Shown: positions 34,901 to 46,434 of the stretch, piece by piece
Numbering within the stretch: position 1 is the stretch's first letter
How the letters are laid out: the number at the start of each line of letters is the position of its first letter
Source of the DNA: an uncultured delta proteobacterium
GTDB taxonomy: Bacteria; Myxococcota_A; Polyangia; Fen-1088
DNA: 64,000 bases
Assembly (NCBI GenBank): GCA_963737265.1
Contig: CAVTRY010000011.1
Location: 1,280,001 to 1,344,000, forward strand
Direction of reading: 5' to 3'
The notes under the pieces: generated by a model
Told to the model about the DNA's origin: nothing
Database searches by the model: none
What the model saw: only the letters and a program-made list of their open reading frames with translations
Program-made: the position numbers and the translations under genes

Positions 34901-36781
34901 ATGAGTAGTACCGCCATTTCAACATCCCAATTGTCCGAACCCACCCCGCGCCGAAGCGATGTGCGGAATATCGCCATCATCGCGCACGTCGATCACGGCA
35001 AAACCACGCTGGTCGATGGATTCTTGCGCCAGGCAGGCACCTTCCGCACCGGCGAGGTGGTCGCCGATTGCGCGATGGATTCGAACGACCTCGAACGCGA
35101 ACGCGGCATCACCATTCTGGCGAAGTTCACCGCCATTACCTGGAAGGGTACCCGCGTCAACATCGTGGATACCCCTGGCCACGCGGATTTCGGCGGCGAA
35201 GTCGAACGCGTTCTCAAAATGGTCGATTCCGTGCTTTTGCTAGTCGACGCCTTCGAAGGCCCGATGCCGCAGACTCGCTTCGTCACGCGCAAGGCGCTGG
35301 CGTTGGGGCTGCGGCCCATCCTCGTGGTCAACAAAATCGATCGCGTGGGTTGCGATCCGGATGGCGCCGTCAATGACACCTTCGATCTCTTCTGCGCTCT
35401 CGGCGCCAACGAAGAGCAGCTCGATTTTCCCGTTATCTATGCCTCGGGTCGCGAAGGCTTTGCCGTGCGCCACCTGACCGACGAGCACAAGGATCTGTCA
35501 CCGCTGCTCGACCTCATCGTCGAGGCGGTGCCGCCGCCCGCCGCCGACGTGGAAGGTCCGCTCGCCATGCACGTGGCAACCCTCGACTACGACGATTACT
35601 TGGGCTACGTCGCCATCGGCCGCATGTTGTCGGGGCGCGTGCGCCAGGGCGAGCGCGTTCTGTGCGTCCACCGCGACGGCAAGCGCGAAGAATTCCGCGT
35701 GGCCAAGATCCTCGGCTACCAGTCGCTCAAACGCTTCGAGCTGTCCGAGGCCGTGGCGGGCGACATCTGCGCCATCACCGGCATGCAGGATCTAACCGTC
35801 GGCGAAACCATCACCGACATCGCTCGCCCCATCGTCCTGCCCCTGCTCGAAATCGAGGAGCCGACGGTGAAGATGCAGTTCATCTCCAACAACGGGCCGT
35901 TCGCGGGCAAGGAAGGCAAGTTCGTGACCTCGCGCAACCTGCGCGAGCGCCTATTCAAAGAGCTCAAGTCCAACGTCGCCCTGCGCGTGCTCGAGACCGA
36001 ATCGCCCGACACCTATGAGGTTCTCGGGCGTGGCGAGCTTCACCTTTCCGTGCTCATCGAGACCATGCGGCGCGAGGGGTACGAGCTCATGGTTTCCCAG
36101 CCTCAGGTCATCTTCAAGCAAGGCCCGAACGGCGAGAAGCTGGAGCCCTATGAGGATGTCGTGATCGACGTCGACGAGAAGTTCACAGGCGCGGTCATCG
36201 AAGAGCTGGGCCGCCGCGGCGGTCGCATGTCCGAAATGGGACCCGAGGGCGAAGGACGCATGCGCCTCGAATACGCCATGCCGTCGCGCGGGCTCATCGG
36301 CTACCGCTCGCAGTTCCTCACCGATACGCGCGGCACCGGCATCTTGCACCACAACTACAGCCACTACGGCCCCTACGCCGGAGTCTTCAAAGGGCGAGCC
36401 AACGGGGTTCTCATCGTCCAGGATCCCGGTACCACCAACACCTACGGCCTGTTTTACCTGCAGGAGCGCGGCGCGCTTCTCCTGGGTCCCACCATTCCGG
36501 TGTACGGCGGCCAGATCGTCGGATTGCACTCGCGCACCAACGACCTCATCATCAACCCGTCGAAGGCCAAGAAGCTCACCAACATCCGCACTACCTCCGC
36601 GGACGAAAAGCTCTTCCTCACCCCACCCATCGAGCTGTCGCTCGAGGCCGCGCTCGAACTCATCAACGAGGACGAATTGGTGGAAGTCACGCCGAAGAAC
36701 ATCCGCCTGCGCAAGCGCATTCTCGACCACAATGAACGCAAGCGGGTCGAAAAAGCCCGCGGTGTAGGATCCGAGGCCTAG
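34901..36781 (+). CDS. typA: translational GTPase TypA/BipA
   Basis: [50 protein letters not shown]. Confidence 0.97.
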   Translation: MSSTAISTSQLSEPTPRRSDVRNIAIIAHVDHGKTTLVDGFLRQAGTFRTGEVVADCAMDSNDLERERGITILAKFTAITWKGTRVNIVDTPGHADFGGEVERVLKMVDSVLLLVDAFEGPMPQTRFVTRKALALGLRPILVVNKIDRVGCDPDGAVNDTFDLFCALGANEEQLDFPVIYASGREGFAVRHLTDEHKDLSPLLDLIVEAVPPPAADVEGPLAMHVATLDYDDYLGYVAIGRMLSGRVRQGERVLCVHRDGKREEFRVAKILGYQSLKRFELSEAVAGDICAITGMQDLTVGETITDIARPIVLPLLEIEEPTVKMQFISNNGPFAGKEGKFVTSRNLRERLFKELKSNVALRVLETESPDTYEVLGRGELHLSVLIETMRREGYELMVSQPQVIFKQGPNGEKLEPYEDVVIDVDEKFTGAVIEELGRRGGRMSEMGPEGEGRMRLEYAMPSRGLIGYRSQFLTDTRGTGILHHNYSHYGPYAGVFKGRANGVLIVQDPGTTNTYGLFYLQERGALLLGPTIPVYGGQIVGLHSRTNDLIINPSKAKKLTNIRTTSADEKLFLTPPIELSLEAALELINEDELVEVTPKNIRLRKRILDHNERKRVEKARGVGSEA

Positions 36782-36789
36782 CTAGCGCG

Positions 36790-37761
36790 GTGAAGAAGAT
36801 CCTGTGGAGGGTCATCCTCGGCGTCGCGGCTGGCGTGGCCATCTACGTCGGCTTTTCCATCTGGGCCGACGCCCGCAACGTCGGCCGCGCTCTGGCTGAC
36901 TTCCACTGGCCGATCGCGCTCGCCGCCCTGGGCTTGGCGTCGCTCAACTACGTCGTTCGCTTCGGGCGCTGGCACTACTACCTCAAGGTCCTCGGTCTCA
37001 AGGTTCCCGTGGGTCACAGCCTGCTGGTGTTTCTCGGCGGATTCTCGCTCACCGTGACCCCAGGCAAACTCGGCGAAGTGGTCAAGGCGCTCCTCCTGCG
37101 CGAGTCACACGGCATCCCCGCGGCAAGGACCGCGCCCATCGTGATCGCCGAGCGCTTTACCGACCTCGTGGGTTTGCTCCTGCTGGCCTGCGTGGGCATC
37201 TTCACCTTCAAGATCGACCCGCGCTTCCTGCTGGTGGGCGCCGGGCTGATAGGTTTCGGGCTGGTTGTCGTCTCGGTGGCGCCCGTCGCCGCCTTCGTCC
37301 TGCGCCTGGCCGCGCGCATTCCCGGCGTGCGCCGTTTCGCGCCTAAACTCGAGGAAGCCTACCGCACTACGGCCGAGCTACTGCGCCCACGCCCACTCAT
37401 CCTCGGCGTGTTGCTGTCGACCGTCAGTTGGTTCTTCGAATGCACGGCCTTCTGGGCCGTGGTGCATGGCTTTTCGGGGGCTTCCATCGACATCCAAGCT
37501 GCCACGTTCATTTACGCATCGATGACCGTGGCCGGCGCGCTCTCGTTCCTGCCCGGCGGGCTCGGCGTCACCGAGGCTGGCATGCTGGCCATGCTGGGCG
37601 AGCTTGGCACCGGCTGCAATCGCAGCGTCGCCGCCGCCGCCACCTTCGTCACGCGCCTGTGTACGCTGTGGTTCGCCGTTCTGCTCGGTATCGTCGCCCT
37701 GCTGATCTTCGCCCGGCAGACCAAGATCACGGTGAAAATCCCCGAAAAGACCCAAAAGTAG
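36790..37761 (+). CDS. lysylphosphatidylglycerol synthase TM-region (UPF0104) flippase-like protein
   Basis: RW..YL, TPGKLGE, ERFTD, PGGLGVTE. Confidence 0.88.
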   Translation: MKKILWRVILGVAAGVAIYVGFSIWADARNVGRALADFHWPIALAALGLASLNYVVRFGRWHYYLKVLGLKVPVGHSLLVFLGGFSLTVTPGKLGEVVKALLLRESHGIPAARTAPIVIAERFTDLVGLLLLACVGIFTFKIDPRFLLVGAGLIGFGLVVVSVAPVAAFVLRLAARIPGVRRFAPKLEEAYRTTAELLRPRPLILGVLLSTVSWFFECTAFWAVVHGFSGASIDIQAATFIYASMTVAGALSFLPGGLGVTEAGMLAMLGELGTGCNRSVAAAATFVTRLCTLWFAVLLGIVALLIFARQTKITVKIPEKTQK

Positions 37762-37947
37762 CAGCGCCAGTCTTCATTTCGCGACCCGCCGCCAGGCCAG
37801 CCGTGGCGATAACGGGCTTGTCATTGATGTAACCGGGCTAACGTCCCGAGATCAAACAGAAACGGGCTAAAGCTCCAGCTCGCTTCCGCCGAAGCATCTG
37901 CAATCGCGTTTTTGCACCAGCCCTCCTGACAGACAAGGACGTGTCCC

Positions 37948-38307
37948 ATGGCAGACGAGCTACGAATCAACATCTATAAAATCACCCGCGGCGCTTGCCG
38001 GAAGCTTCCAGGCCAGTGCCCCCATTCCGTATGCCGCTTCAACCTGACCGCCGAACGCCGGGACAACCGCGGCGCCAAGCCGTCGGAGATGCACCTTCCC
38101 GTCGTGCGCGAGGCCTGCGCCCTCGAGGCGGCGGAGCTCGGCGGCATGACCCTGGAGGAAATCGCCACGCGACTGTCGCTCACGCGCGAGCGCGTGCGCC
38201 AGATCGAGCTCGGCGCGCTCAAGAAGCTGTGGATGCGGCTCGGCGGGGCCGAAGGCGAAGAGGAGACGACGGTCGAAATCCGCCGGCCCTCGCGCATCGC
38301 CGCCTAG
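37948..38307 (+). CDS. stand-alone sigma-70 region 4 HTH protein with Cys-rich N-terminus
   Basis: MTLEEIA..LSLTRERVRQIE; four N-terminal Cys; RBS AAGGA. Confidence 0.85.
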   Translation: MADELRINIYKITRGACRKLPGQCPHSVCRFNLTAERRDNRGAKPSEMHLPVVREACALEAAELGGMTLEEIATRLSLTRERVRQIELGALKKLWMRLGGAEGEEETTVEIRRPSRIAA

Positions 38308-38309
38308 CC

Positions 38310-38873
38310 CTATTCTTTCAGCTCGACCGACAACGACATCGTAATGTCCGTCGTCCAACTCGTGTTGGGCAACTGCCCACCTAGGTTGAACGTCACGACG
38401 ATCTTGCGCTGTTGCGTTTTGTCCGGCCGGAGAAGCGGCAGCATGTCCACCGGCTCTGGTAAGGGTACGGAAAAGACCGCGCCGCTGGGCGCGGTACCAC
38501 GCCGTTGGAAATCCGCGATCTCCACCTGCCGGTCGGACGGAAAGGCATCGACCGTATTGGTCGGCACGTAGGCAACCACGTGGAGGGTCTCGATGAAGGA
38601 AAGATTGGCGATACCACTCTTGGCTGTCAGGGTTAGCTTGTTGAGGTTGACCTCGGCGACCTGCTCCTGAAACGCGGGACTCGAGCTTGAACCTAGCTTG
38701 CTGCTGTCGAAGGCGAAGGAAAAGGGCACGGACATCGAGCCCGCGGGACCTGCCGCCGGCACCACAATGTCCGGACGAAGAACCTCGACATCGGAAAACT
38801 TCGCGTCGACGATGGGCGTGCATCCAGCCAGCGCCAGCACGGCCCACAGCCAGGCACAGGCGAAGGCGCGCAC
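38310..38873 (-). CDS. hypothetical lipoprotein
   Basis: Lipobox LAGC; beta-rich. Confidence 0.75.
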   Translation of the reverse strand: MRAFACAWLWAVLALAGCTPIVDAKFSDVEVLRPDIVVPAAGPAGSMSVPFSFAFDSSKLGSSSSPAFQEQVAEVNLNKLTLTAKSGIANLSFIETLHVVAYVPTNTVDAFPSDRQVEIADFQRRGTAPSGAVFSVPLPEPVDMLPLLRPDKTQQRKIVVTFNLGGQLPNTSWTTDITMSLSVELKE

Positions 38874-38876
38874 TAT

Positions 38877-39635
38877 CTAGAGTCCCCCGAACATGTAAAT
38901 CAGGCCAACCTTGGCCGACATCGTGTGTGCATTCACGCTGCCGTCCTGAGTGATGATCACGGAGGTGTTCGACTTGTCGATGACGACAGGTTGCGGAGCG
39001 CGCACGGTGCCGCGTAGATAGGTGTAGCCCCCGTGAGCAAACAGCGTGACGCTACCGATGGTCCAGTCGTAGCCGACGTGGGCGTTAAAGTACGTGTAGC
39101 CGAGCTGTTGAACGTAGGGCGCGACCCAGGATGGAACGCTGAAGAAATAGCGAACCACGCTCGTGGTGGCGGCGGTGTTGCAGTGGCCAACCTCGAAGCT
39201 GAAGGAAGGTCCCCAGCCCATGGGAACGAAGGACAAGCCACCGCGATAGTCCAAGCTCGCCGAATTGGATCCGGCCGACAGTCCGAGCCGCAACCATTCG
39301 GCGGGCGCAAGGACCACCCCCACATTCAGCCCGTCGGGCATGCCAACGTCGCTCGCCACGCCAAAAATATGCCGACTTGGTTCCTCCGACCTCGATGCGC
39401 GGGCTGCAATCACTGGCGTGGACAAGTCACCCTGGGTGCCGCCCGACGGCGTCGGAGTCGGGGCAGACGCCGGGGCGGGCACGACGGGGAGCGCGGGCCG
39501 ACGCATGGGCGTATAGGTAACTGTCGCGGGCGCGGACGGCGCGGCGGGCTCGGCCAGCGCCCCACCCGCACCGAGGACGAGCGCCGACCAGGCGATGAGC
39601 CCGCAGCCACAGGCAGGTCCGCGTCGTGACGACAT
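38877..39635 (-). CDS. exported protein, probable outer-membrane beta-barrel
   Basis: Signal peptide, Pro-rich linker, amphipathic strands ending VGLIYMF. Confidence 0.65.
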   Translation of the reverse strand: MSSRRGPACGCGLIAWSALVLGAGGALAEPAAPSAPATVTYTPMRRPALPVVPAPASAPTPTPSGGTQGDLSTPVIAARASRSEEPSRHIFGVASDVGMPDGLNVGVVLAPAEWLRLGLSAGSNSASLDYRGGLSFVPMGWGPSFSFEVGHCNTAATTSVVRYFFSVPSWVAPYVQQLGYTYFNAHVGYDWTIGSVTLFAHGGYTYLRGTVRAPQPVVIDKSNTSVIITQDGSVNAHTMSAKVGLIYMFGGL

Positions 39636-39856
39636 CGACGCAATGATACCACCGGGCTTGACGGCGCGACGTCAGACTCCTGGTCACGGTGCAAATGTGG
39701 TGCGGTACCGCACATTCACGAGCACGCTTCTCGGTCATTCGCCGAGTGGAGCGAGAGGAGCAAGGCAGTCTTTCGCCAGCGTCACCCGAAAAATCGGTGC
39801 CGCACAAACGCGGCAATGAACGAATTCAGAGATATAATGCCGCCGGATTTAGAAAC

Positions 39857-41111
39857 ATGGATGATCCACGTCTACTCGCATTTATTATGGCTGGGGGCAA
39901 GGGAGAGCGGCTCTTTCCGCTGACCCGCGATCGCGCCAAGCCGGCCGTGCCCTTCGGGGGCCGCTATCGCATCATCGACTTCGTGCTGTCGAACATGCAC
40001 AACTCGGGTATCCGGGCTATCTACGTGCTCACCCAGTACAAAGCCCAGTCGCTGGTCGAACACACCCAACACACGTGGGGCACGCGCAGCACGCACGCCG
40101 ACTTCGTCACCATCGTGCCCGCGCAGATGCGCATGGGCGAGAGCTGGTATCGCGGGACCGCGGACGCCATTCACCAAAATTTTCACCTGGTTGAGGACTT
40201 TCGCCCCGATGTGGTGATCGTGTTCGGGGCCGACCACGTCTACAAGATGAACGTGCGCCAGATGGTCGAGTTCCACCTGGAAAAGGACGCGCTCGCCACC
40301 ATCGCCTGCCTGCCCGTGCCCATCAGCGAGGCTTCGCAGTTTGGCATCGTCGAAACCGACGTGAACGGGCGTGTCACCGGGTTCCAAGAAAAGCCAACCA
40401 GCAACGTCGTCACGATTCCGGGCGACCCCAATCACGCCCTGGCCTCGATGGGCAACTACACCTTTGCGCCTCTTCCGCTTCACGACGCCTTGGAATCGGA
40501 TTCGCAGCAAGATACCCACCACGACTTCGGCAAGAATATCCTGCCGTCGCTGGTCAAGAGCAACCGCGTATTCTGCTACGACTTCTCCCGCAACCGCATC
40601 CCCGGCGTCACCGAGAAAGGCGAGCTCGCCTATTGGCGCGACGTCGGAACCATCGAGGCCTACTACGAGGCCAACATGGATCTCAAGAACGTCCAACCGC
40701 ATTTCAACCTCTACAACTGGGAATGGCCCATCGTCAGCGTCAACTATCCCGATCCGCCTTCCAAGTTGGTTTTCGACGATGAACGCCGCCGTGGCATGCT
40801 CGTGCAGTCCATCATGTTCGAGCGGCTGCGTGATCGCCGGCGGCTTCGTCAAGGACTGCGTGCTCGGCCGCAACGTGTGGGTCGACGAGGGCGCCGAGGT
40901 CCGCGATTCCATCCTCTTCGACAACGTCCACGTGGGCAAAGGCGCGCGCATCCAGCGCGCCATCGTCGACAAGAACGTGCGCGTGGCCCCTGGCGACCAC
41001 ATCGGGCACGACCTGGCCCGCGATGCCGTCCGCCACCACGTCAGCCAGGGAGGAATCACCGTGGTCGGCAAAGCCCGTGACACCTGGCTAACCCGCGCCC
41101 GGAATTTTTGA
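39857..41111 (+). CDS. glgC: glucose-1-phosphate adenylyltransferase, copy 1 (frameshift at ~40817)
   Basis: MAGGKGERLFPLT, RAKPAVPFGG, WYRGTADA, FQEKP, YWRDVGT; removing one T gives SIMSSGCVI. Confidence 0.92.
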
Positions 41112-41180
41112 CATCTTTCGCCACGCCAAGAGGCGCGCCCGTGCAAATCGGGGCCGACCACGGTACAGTCGCCTCCGCCG

Positions 41181-43403
41181 ATGAAGAAACGCCAACCCAT
41201 CGCCCTGGTCGTCCATGGCCATTTCTATCAGCCACCCCGAGAAAATCCCTGGACGGATCACGTAGCGCGCGAGCCGAGCGCCGCCCCGTTCCCTAACTGG
41301 AACGCGCGCATTCACGCCGAGTGCTACCGGGCCAACGCCTACGCCCGCATCTACGGCCCCAAGCAGCACATCGTCTCGATCGTCAACAACTACGCGAAAA
41401 TGTCGGTCGACCTCGGTCCCACCTTGGCCCGCTGGCTTACACGCCACGACCCACAGGTGATGCGGCGAATCGCCGCGGGCGACTTCGACCAGCAGATGCT
41501 TCTCGGCGCCGGTGGGGCCATGGCCCAAGTCTGGGGACACGCCATCGCACCGCTGCTTTCGGCGCACGACCTGCGCACGCAGATTCTCTGGGGTTTGCAG
41601 GATTTCCGCCGACGCTTCGGCCACGACAGCGCCGGTATTTGGTTACCCGAAACGGCCGCCAACCGTCAAACCCTGGCGGCGCTCATCGACGCTGGCGTGC
41701 GCTTCACCATCCTGGCGCCCGAGCAAATCGAGGCCGTGCGCCCGCCCGACGGCACCTGGCAAGAAGTCACCACGGATAGCGTGGACACGGGACGACTCTA
41801 CCGATGGTCCCATCCCGACGGATCCGGCCGATCCATCACCCTCGCCATCTTCGACGGCCCGCTGTCGCGCGACCTGGCCTTTGGCACCGCCACCCGCGAC
41901 GCCACCAGCTTTCTCGAAGCCATGCGCCGCTCGGCCGAACGTTCGAAGGTCGATGGCAAACGCCTGGTGCTGGCGGCCTCGGACGGCGAGCTTTACGGCC
42001 ACCACAAGAAGTTCGCGGATCTGACGCTCGCCTACGCGGTGGCCGTGGCGGCGCCGACCGAGGACATCGAGGTCACGAACCTGGACGCGTTCTTGGCGAG
42101 CTCCCCGCCGACCTGGGAAGCTCGTCTGCGCCCGGGACCGAACGACGAAGGCACGGCCTGGAGTTGCGCCCATGGTCTCGGCCGCTGGCTACGCAATTGC
42201 GGCTGCCGCATGCAAGAGGTGAAGGGAAGCAGCCAGGCTTGGCGCGCACCCCTGCGCCAAGCGCTCGATCTCCTGCGCAACCGAGCCGTCGTTTTCTTCG
42301 AAGACGCCGCCGGCGATCTGTTCGCCGATCCGTGGCAGGCGCGCGATGCCTACGGGGAAGTCGCGGATGAGCCTCCCGAAGCACGAAAGAAGTTCCTGCG
42401 CGCGCTCGGCCGGCCCGACCTGCAGCGGGATCGCGGAGCGGCTTCGACGCGTGCCCTTCTGATCATGGAAATGCAGCGATCCTTGCTGCTGATGTACGCG
42501 AGCTGCGCCTGGTTCTTCGACGACATCGCCGGGCCCGAAACCGCGATCGTCTTGCGCAGGGCCGCCCATGCCATGGAGTTGTGGAAGAACCTCGGCGGCC
42601 GGCCGCCCACCAAGGCCGTCGTCGACATCCTCGCCAAGGGCAGCAGCAACCAAGCCAGCCTGGGAACCGGAGCGGACGCCTTTGCACGCGCCTCGGCCGA
42701 TCACGTGTCTCCCGAGCGCGCGGTGGCACGCGCGGCTTTCTCGCGGCTGGCAAACACGGGCACGGCGTCCGGGAACACAGACGTCCCGGGTTTCGCTGTG
42801 AATCTCAGTCACTCCACCAGGCGGAGCAAACGCCAGGGTCTCGCGGGCAAGGCCGCTGTCACCAACCAGCGCACGGGCGAAACCACGGTGCTGGCGTTCG
42901 CCGCTACCCACGATGGCAAGGCTGCATTCATCTGCCATGTCCACAACCAACACCTTGGGCTCGATGATCTCGACGACGAGGCCAAGCAGGCGTTACGCTT
43001 TGGCGCCCTGGTTCGCATGGCTGCGGACGCCACCACGGCAGTCGGATGTCGTGCACTGCTCACGGTGGCGGACAAGCTCGGCACGTGCAGCGCCAACGAA
43101 CAGACGGCGCTGGCCGGACTCTTTACCCGCGCCCTCGCCGTCTTTCTCGAACAGCGGCGGGCCTACGCGCAGGCCGACTGGCAGCTTGCGCTAGACCTCG
43201 GCGAGCGTGCCGGCCCGGTACAGTCGTCAGATGATTGGCGGCGCGTGCAGGAGATCGTCTGGGAACACCTGGAATCGCTGCGCGCCTCGCGCAAACCGCT
43301 ACCCGAGGCCCTGCGCGTCCTGGCGGAACGTCTCGATTTAGTCGAGCGCGTGGAACCCGCCGAACCGGTCGACAGCCCGACCGGCAAGCCCGCCAAGCCC
43401 TGA
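41181..43403 (+). CDS. GH57-family DUF3536 protein
   Basis: VHGHFYQPPRENPW, GIWLPET, DGELYGHH, AWSCAHG, MYASCAWFFDD. Confidence 0.9.
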   Translation: MKKRQPIALVVHGHFYQPPRENPWTDHVAREPSAAPFPNWNARIHAECYRANAYARIYGPKQHIVSIVNNYAKMSVDLGPTLARWLTRHDPQVMRRIAAGDFDQQMLLGAGGAMAQVWGHAIAPLLSAHDLRTQILWGLQDFRRRFGHDSAGIWLPETAANRQTLAALIDAGVRFTILAPEQIEAVRPPDGTWQEVTTDSVDTGRLYRWSHPDGSGRSITLAIFDGPLSRDLAFGTATRDATSFLEAMRRSAERSKVDGKRLVLAASDGELYGHHKKFADLTLAYAVAVAAPTEDIEVTNLDAFLASSPPTWEARLRPGPNDEGTAWSCAHGLGRWLRNCGCRMQEVKGSSQAWRAPLRQALDLLRNRAVVFFEDAAGDLFADPWQARDAYGEVADEPPEARKKFLRALGRPDLQRDRGAASTRALLIMEMQRSLLLMYASCAWFFDDIAGPETAIVLRRAAHAMELWKNLGGRPPTKAVVDILAKGSSNQASLGTGADAFARASADHVSPERAVARAAFSRLANTGTASGNTDVPGFAVNLSHSTRRSKRQGLAGKAAVTNQRTGETTVLAFAATHDGKAAFICHVHNQHLGLDDLDDEAKQALRFGALVRMAADATTAVGCRALLTVADKLGTCSANEQTALAGLFTRALAVFLEQRRAYAQADWQLALDLGERAGPVQSSDDWRRVQEIVWEHLESLRASRKPLPEALRVLAERLDLVERVEPAEPVDSPTGKPAKP

Positions 43404-43513
43404 TCCCGCGACAGGCGCAGGGGGTTCGTGGTCGCACCGTGGCCGTGGCCGGAGCGATCACCGTCGGCCACACCGACGGCCAGGATCACGTTTCGCAGGA
43501 TTAGGCCGAATAG

Positions 43514-43948
43514 CTACGGCTTGGCCATCTTTTCACAATCGGCCATGCCCGCGACCGGTGCGCCCGCGACCAAACGTCCGCTGCTGTAGTCGCCTTCGGC
43601 GACCAAGCTTCCAAGAGCATCCCACTGCTTCCACTTGCCGAACTTGGCCCCGCCCGTGAACTGACCGTGCACCCACGCCTTGCCGCTCGGGTGCCACGCC
43701 GTGAACGACCCTTCGGGCTTGCCGTTGCGGTAGCCGCAACTCTGCCTGAGCTGCGTGCCGCCGGTGTGCCATTCCACCCACTGCGAACGGAGCTTGTCAC
43801 GCGATTCACACCACAGCGATTTCCCCGCCACGGATCGCGCCGCGACCGGCGACGTGCCTTGCGGGCAAAAGGGCGACGTCTCGTGCTTGCAAGCTAGCAA
43901 GCCCCACAGAACCGGCACCATCACGAGCACATAGCGCGGCATGGACAT
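43514..43948 (-). CDS. MORN-variant (YwqK-like) repeat lipoprotein
   Basis: Lipobox LLAC; G.F..WH..G and G.W..W...G repeats. Confidence 0.75.
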   Translation of the reverse strand: MSMPRYVLVMVPVLWGLLACKHETSPFCPQGTSPVAARSVAGKSLWCESRDKLRSQWVEWHTGGTQLRQSCGYRNGKPEGSFTAWHPSGKAWVHGQFTGGAKFGKWKQWDALGSLVAEGDYSSGRLVAGAPVAGMADCEKMAKP

Positions 43949-44058
43949 GCAGTGTCTCCTGGCCCTTAGCATCGGAAGCATTGGCAGGAATATCAAGTGG
44001 AGAGCGTTGCGACTTCGTTGACCGCCCGCACCCTTTGCGCAATCCTCGAAGACGCGTG

Positions 44059-44772
44059 ATGGTCGAGGAAGAACACAACGCAGCCGCTTGTCCGCGCATT
44101 TCCGTCGTGGTCATGGCCTTCAACGAGGCGGCCGGGCTCGCGCCGGTCGCGCGCGAAATCCTCGACCAGCTTTGCCGACTCGGCGCCACCTACGAGATCC
44201 TCATCGTCGACGACGGCAGCTCGGACGGCACCGGCCGCATCGCCGACGAATTGGCCGCGACCTTGCCCGGCGTGCGCGTGTGGCACCACGACGTCAATCG
44301 AGGCCTTGGCGCCGTCTACCGCACCGGCTTCGCGCAGACGCGCGGCGACCTGCTGACGTTCTTTCCCGCCGACGGCCAGTTTCCCGCCACCATCATCGGC
44401 CTCTACCTCGGCGCCATCGCCGACACCGATATGATACTCGGCACCCTCCCCGACCGCCGCGGCTCGCTCGTCGCCAAGGCGCTGTCCCTCGCCGAGCGCT
44501 TGCTTCTGCGCGCCCTTTTCGGCCACTTCCCCCGCTTTCAGGGCATCCTGATGTTCCGCCGCTCGATGCTCGACTGCACGACGCTGGTTTCCCAAGGTCG
44601 CGGCTGGACCGTGCTGATGGAATTCATCCTGCGCCAGGCGCGCGCCGGCGCACGCATCAAGAACATTGCCATCACCATGCGCCCGCGTGCGAGCGGCACC
44701 TCGAAAGTGAACAACCTGCGCAACATCACCTCGAACCTGCGCCAGATGTTCGCGTTGCGGCTGTCGCTGTGA
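44059..44772 (+). CDS. GT2 glycosyltransferase (DPM-synthase-like)
   Basis: SVVVMAFNE, IVDDGSSDGT, NRGLG; PADGQ in place of the usual DAD. Confidence 0.88.
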   Translation: MVEEEHNAAACPRISVVVMAFNEAAGLAPVAREILDQLCRLGATYEILIVDDGSSDGTGRIADELAATLPGVRVWHHDVNRGLGAVYRTGFAQTRGDLLTFFPADGQFPATIIGLYLGAIADTDMILGTLPDRRGSLVAKALSLAERLLLRALFGHFPRFQGILMFRRSMLDCTTLVSQGRGWTVLMEFILRQARAGARIKNIAITMRPRASGTSKVNNLRNITSNLRQMFALRLSL

Positions 44773-44789
44773 TACGTGGCAGAGGCTGC

Positions 44790-45200
44790 GAAAGTATTGA
44801 ACGGTAGCCGGACGGCGAACGGGGCCGGGCCACGCCGAGCCTCGACGAACGATCTCGCCCCGTAAGTATAGCCCAAATCCTCGCGCAACCGGCTATTCAG
44901 CCGACTGGTGACCATTTCTCCCAAGAGCTGGTTCATCAATGCCATCGCACCAAAATCGGCATCCGACACGGCCGGCCCGACCGCGCGGCGATGGTGAACA
45001 GCGATTGCGACAGCGTGGGTCGGTCGATGATGGTAATGGCGGCGGATGGTGGACCGCCCAAGGGCGCCTCAGGCGCCGGATCGCGCTCGGGCGCCGGTGC
45101 GCGCGAACCGGTGAAAGCCGCCTGAGCCAAAGTGGTCAACTGAACCATCGCGACATCACCCACCGCCACGACAACGGTCTGGTCGGGCGTGACTTGCTCT
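44790..45200 (-). pseudogene. M16 peptidase C-terminal-domain fragment
   Basis: PDQTVVVAVGD..IIDRP..QS, frameshift, then MNQLLG..SRLNSRLREDLGYTYGA; no start or end. Confidence 0.7.
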
Positions 45201-45411
45201 GCGAAGCAGCGCGATCAGCGAAATGACGAACGACCACACGCCCCTTTCCTGATTCTCTTTTGGACCGTGGCCGTGATGGCCGCTGTGATTCAAGGCAAAC
45301 AAGCGCCATTCTACAGGCTTATCAGCCTTCGCAATAGGGCGGTCGCCGTCCACAGCCCGTAGGCTTTGGCTTGCCGGTCACCGCAGACGCGACGCCGTTG
45401 TATTCTTTTCT

Positions 45412-46128
45412 TCAGTTGAAGGTCGCGGAAAATAGCAGCGAAGCTGCGGTTGCGGTCATGCGGGCGTCAGCCAATGGATCCCTCATGCTCGCCACGTGAA
45501 CCTGACCGGCAAGCCCTATGCCCAAACGCCGGCGCACCCACCATTCCTTCCCGACCATGAAGCTGGCGCCGACGCCGAGGTCGGTATCGCCGGCGGAAAC
45601 ATCGGTGCCCGTGTAGCTTACGTACACCTTGCTGAAGGCCAAGGTACCCGAAAGGTAAACATTGATTGGCTCGATGTAGTACGCAATGCCCGGGCCGAAT
45701 CCCAACAAGGTGAGATCGTAGCCCGACGAACCCACGCCGCCGCCGCCACTGACGTCGGCGTCGGTGATGGTCGTGCCGAGGATTTCGCCAAAGATGATTA
45801 GGTCAGGTGCGACGGCGCCGCCGAATGCACCGCCGAAGGTTCCACCAACTCCGGAGAAAGTTAGGCCGGCCTCCGACGCGCTCAGGTAGCCGAAGCCGGC
45901 ATCGAATCGCACGAAGAGGCCACTATGCGGAGCGTAGTCGTAGTAGTACGGCGCTTCTTGGTGGTGCCGGTAGTATCCCGGTGGCGGGGCCGGCGGGGGA
46001 CCATACCCAGGCGGCGGGGGGCCATAAGCGGGTTCGTAGTACGGTTGGGCAAGAGCTGGGCGTTCGCAGAGCAGCACTGCGCCGCTTGCGAGAGCAAACA
46101 GGAAGAGCAATCGAGAGGTTAGGTGCAT
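45412..46128 (-). CDS. outer-membrane beta-barrel protein with Pro/Tyr-rich N-terminus
   Basis: Signal peptide, YGPPPPGY, GPGIAYY, VGKEWW, C-terminal ATFN. Confidence 0.8.
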   Translation of the reverse strand: MHLTSRLLFLFALASGAVLLCERPALAQPYYEPAYGPPPPGYGPPPAPPPGYYRHHQEAPYYYDYAPHSGLFVRFDAGFGYLSASEAGLTFSGVGGTFGGAFGGAVAPDLIIFGEILGTTITDADVSGGGGVGSSGYDLTLLGFGPGIAYYIEPINVYLSGTLAFSKVYVSYTGTDVSAGDTDLGVGASFMVGKEWWVRRRLGIGLAGQVHVASMRDPLADARMTATAASLLFSATFN

Positions 46129-46434
46129 GCGCCAATTCCTCCTAGATGAGATCGGAAAGACCGAATAGCGGTTTCGGCCCAACCGTCGATGAATTCTTAC
46201 TACCTTTGACGGCCGGGCGCCCATCGGTATTCAAAGATGTTCTCGCAATGCGCCACGGCGCATTGCCCTGCCAAAGCGCAAGGGACACGGCCCTCCCTTC
46301 AACAATCTTCAAGACGGGTCCATTTATGGACACGTCTTGAGTGGAAATTTGGCCAAGACCGGGCAACGTGGGACGGTGGCGTTGCAGTCCCGGCGAGGTC
46401 CTTCGGGACTTGGCTATTCAGAAAGGCGACACGC

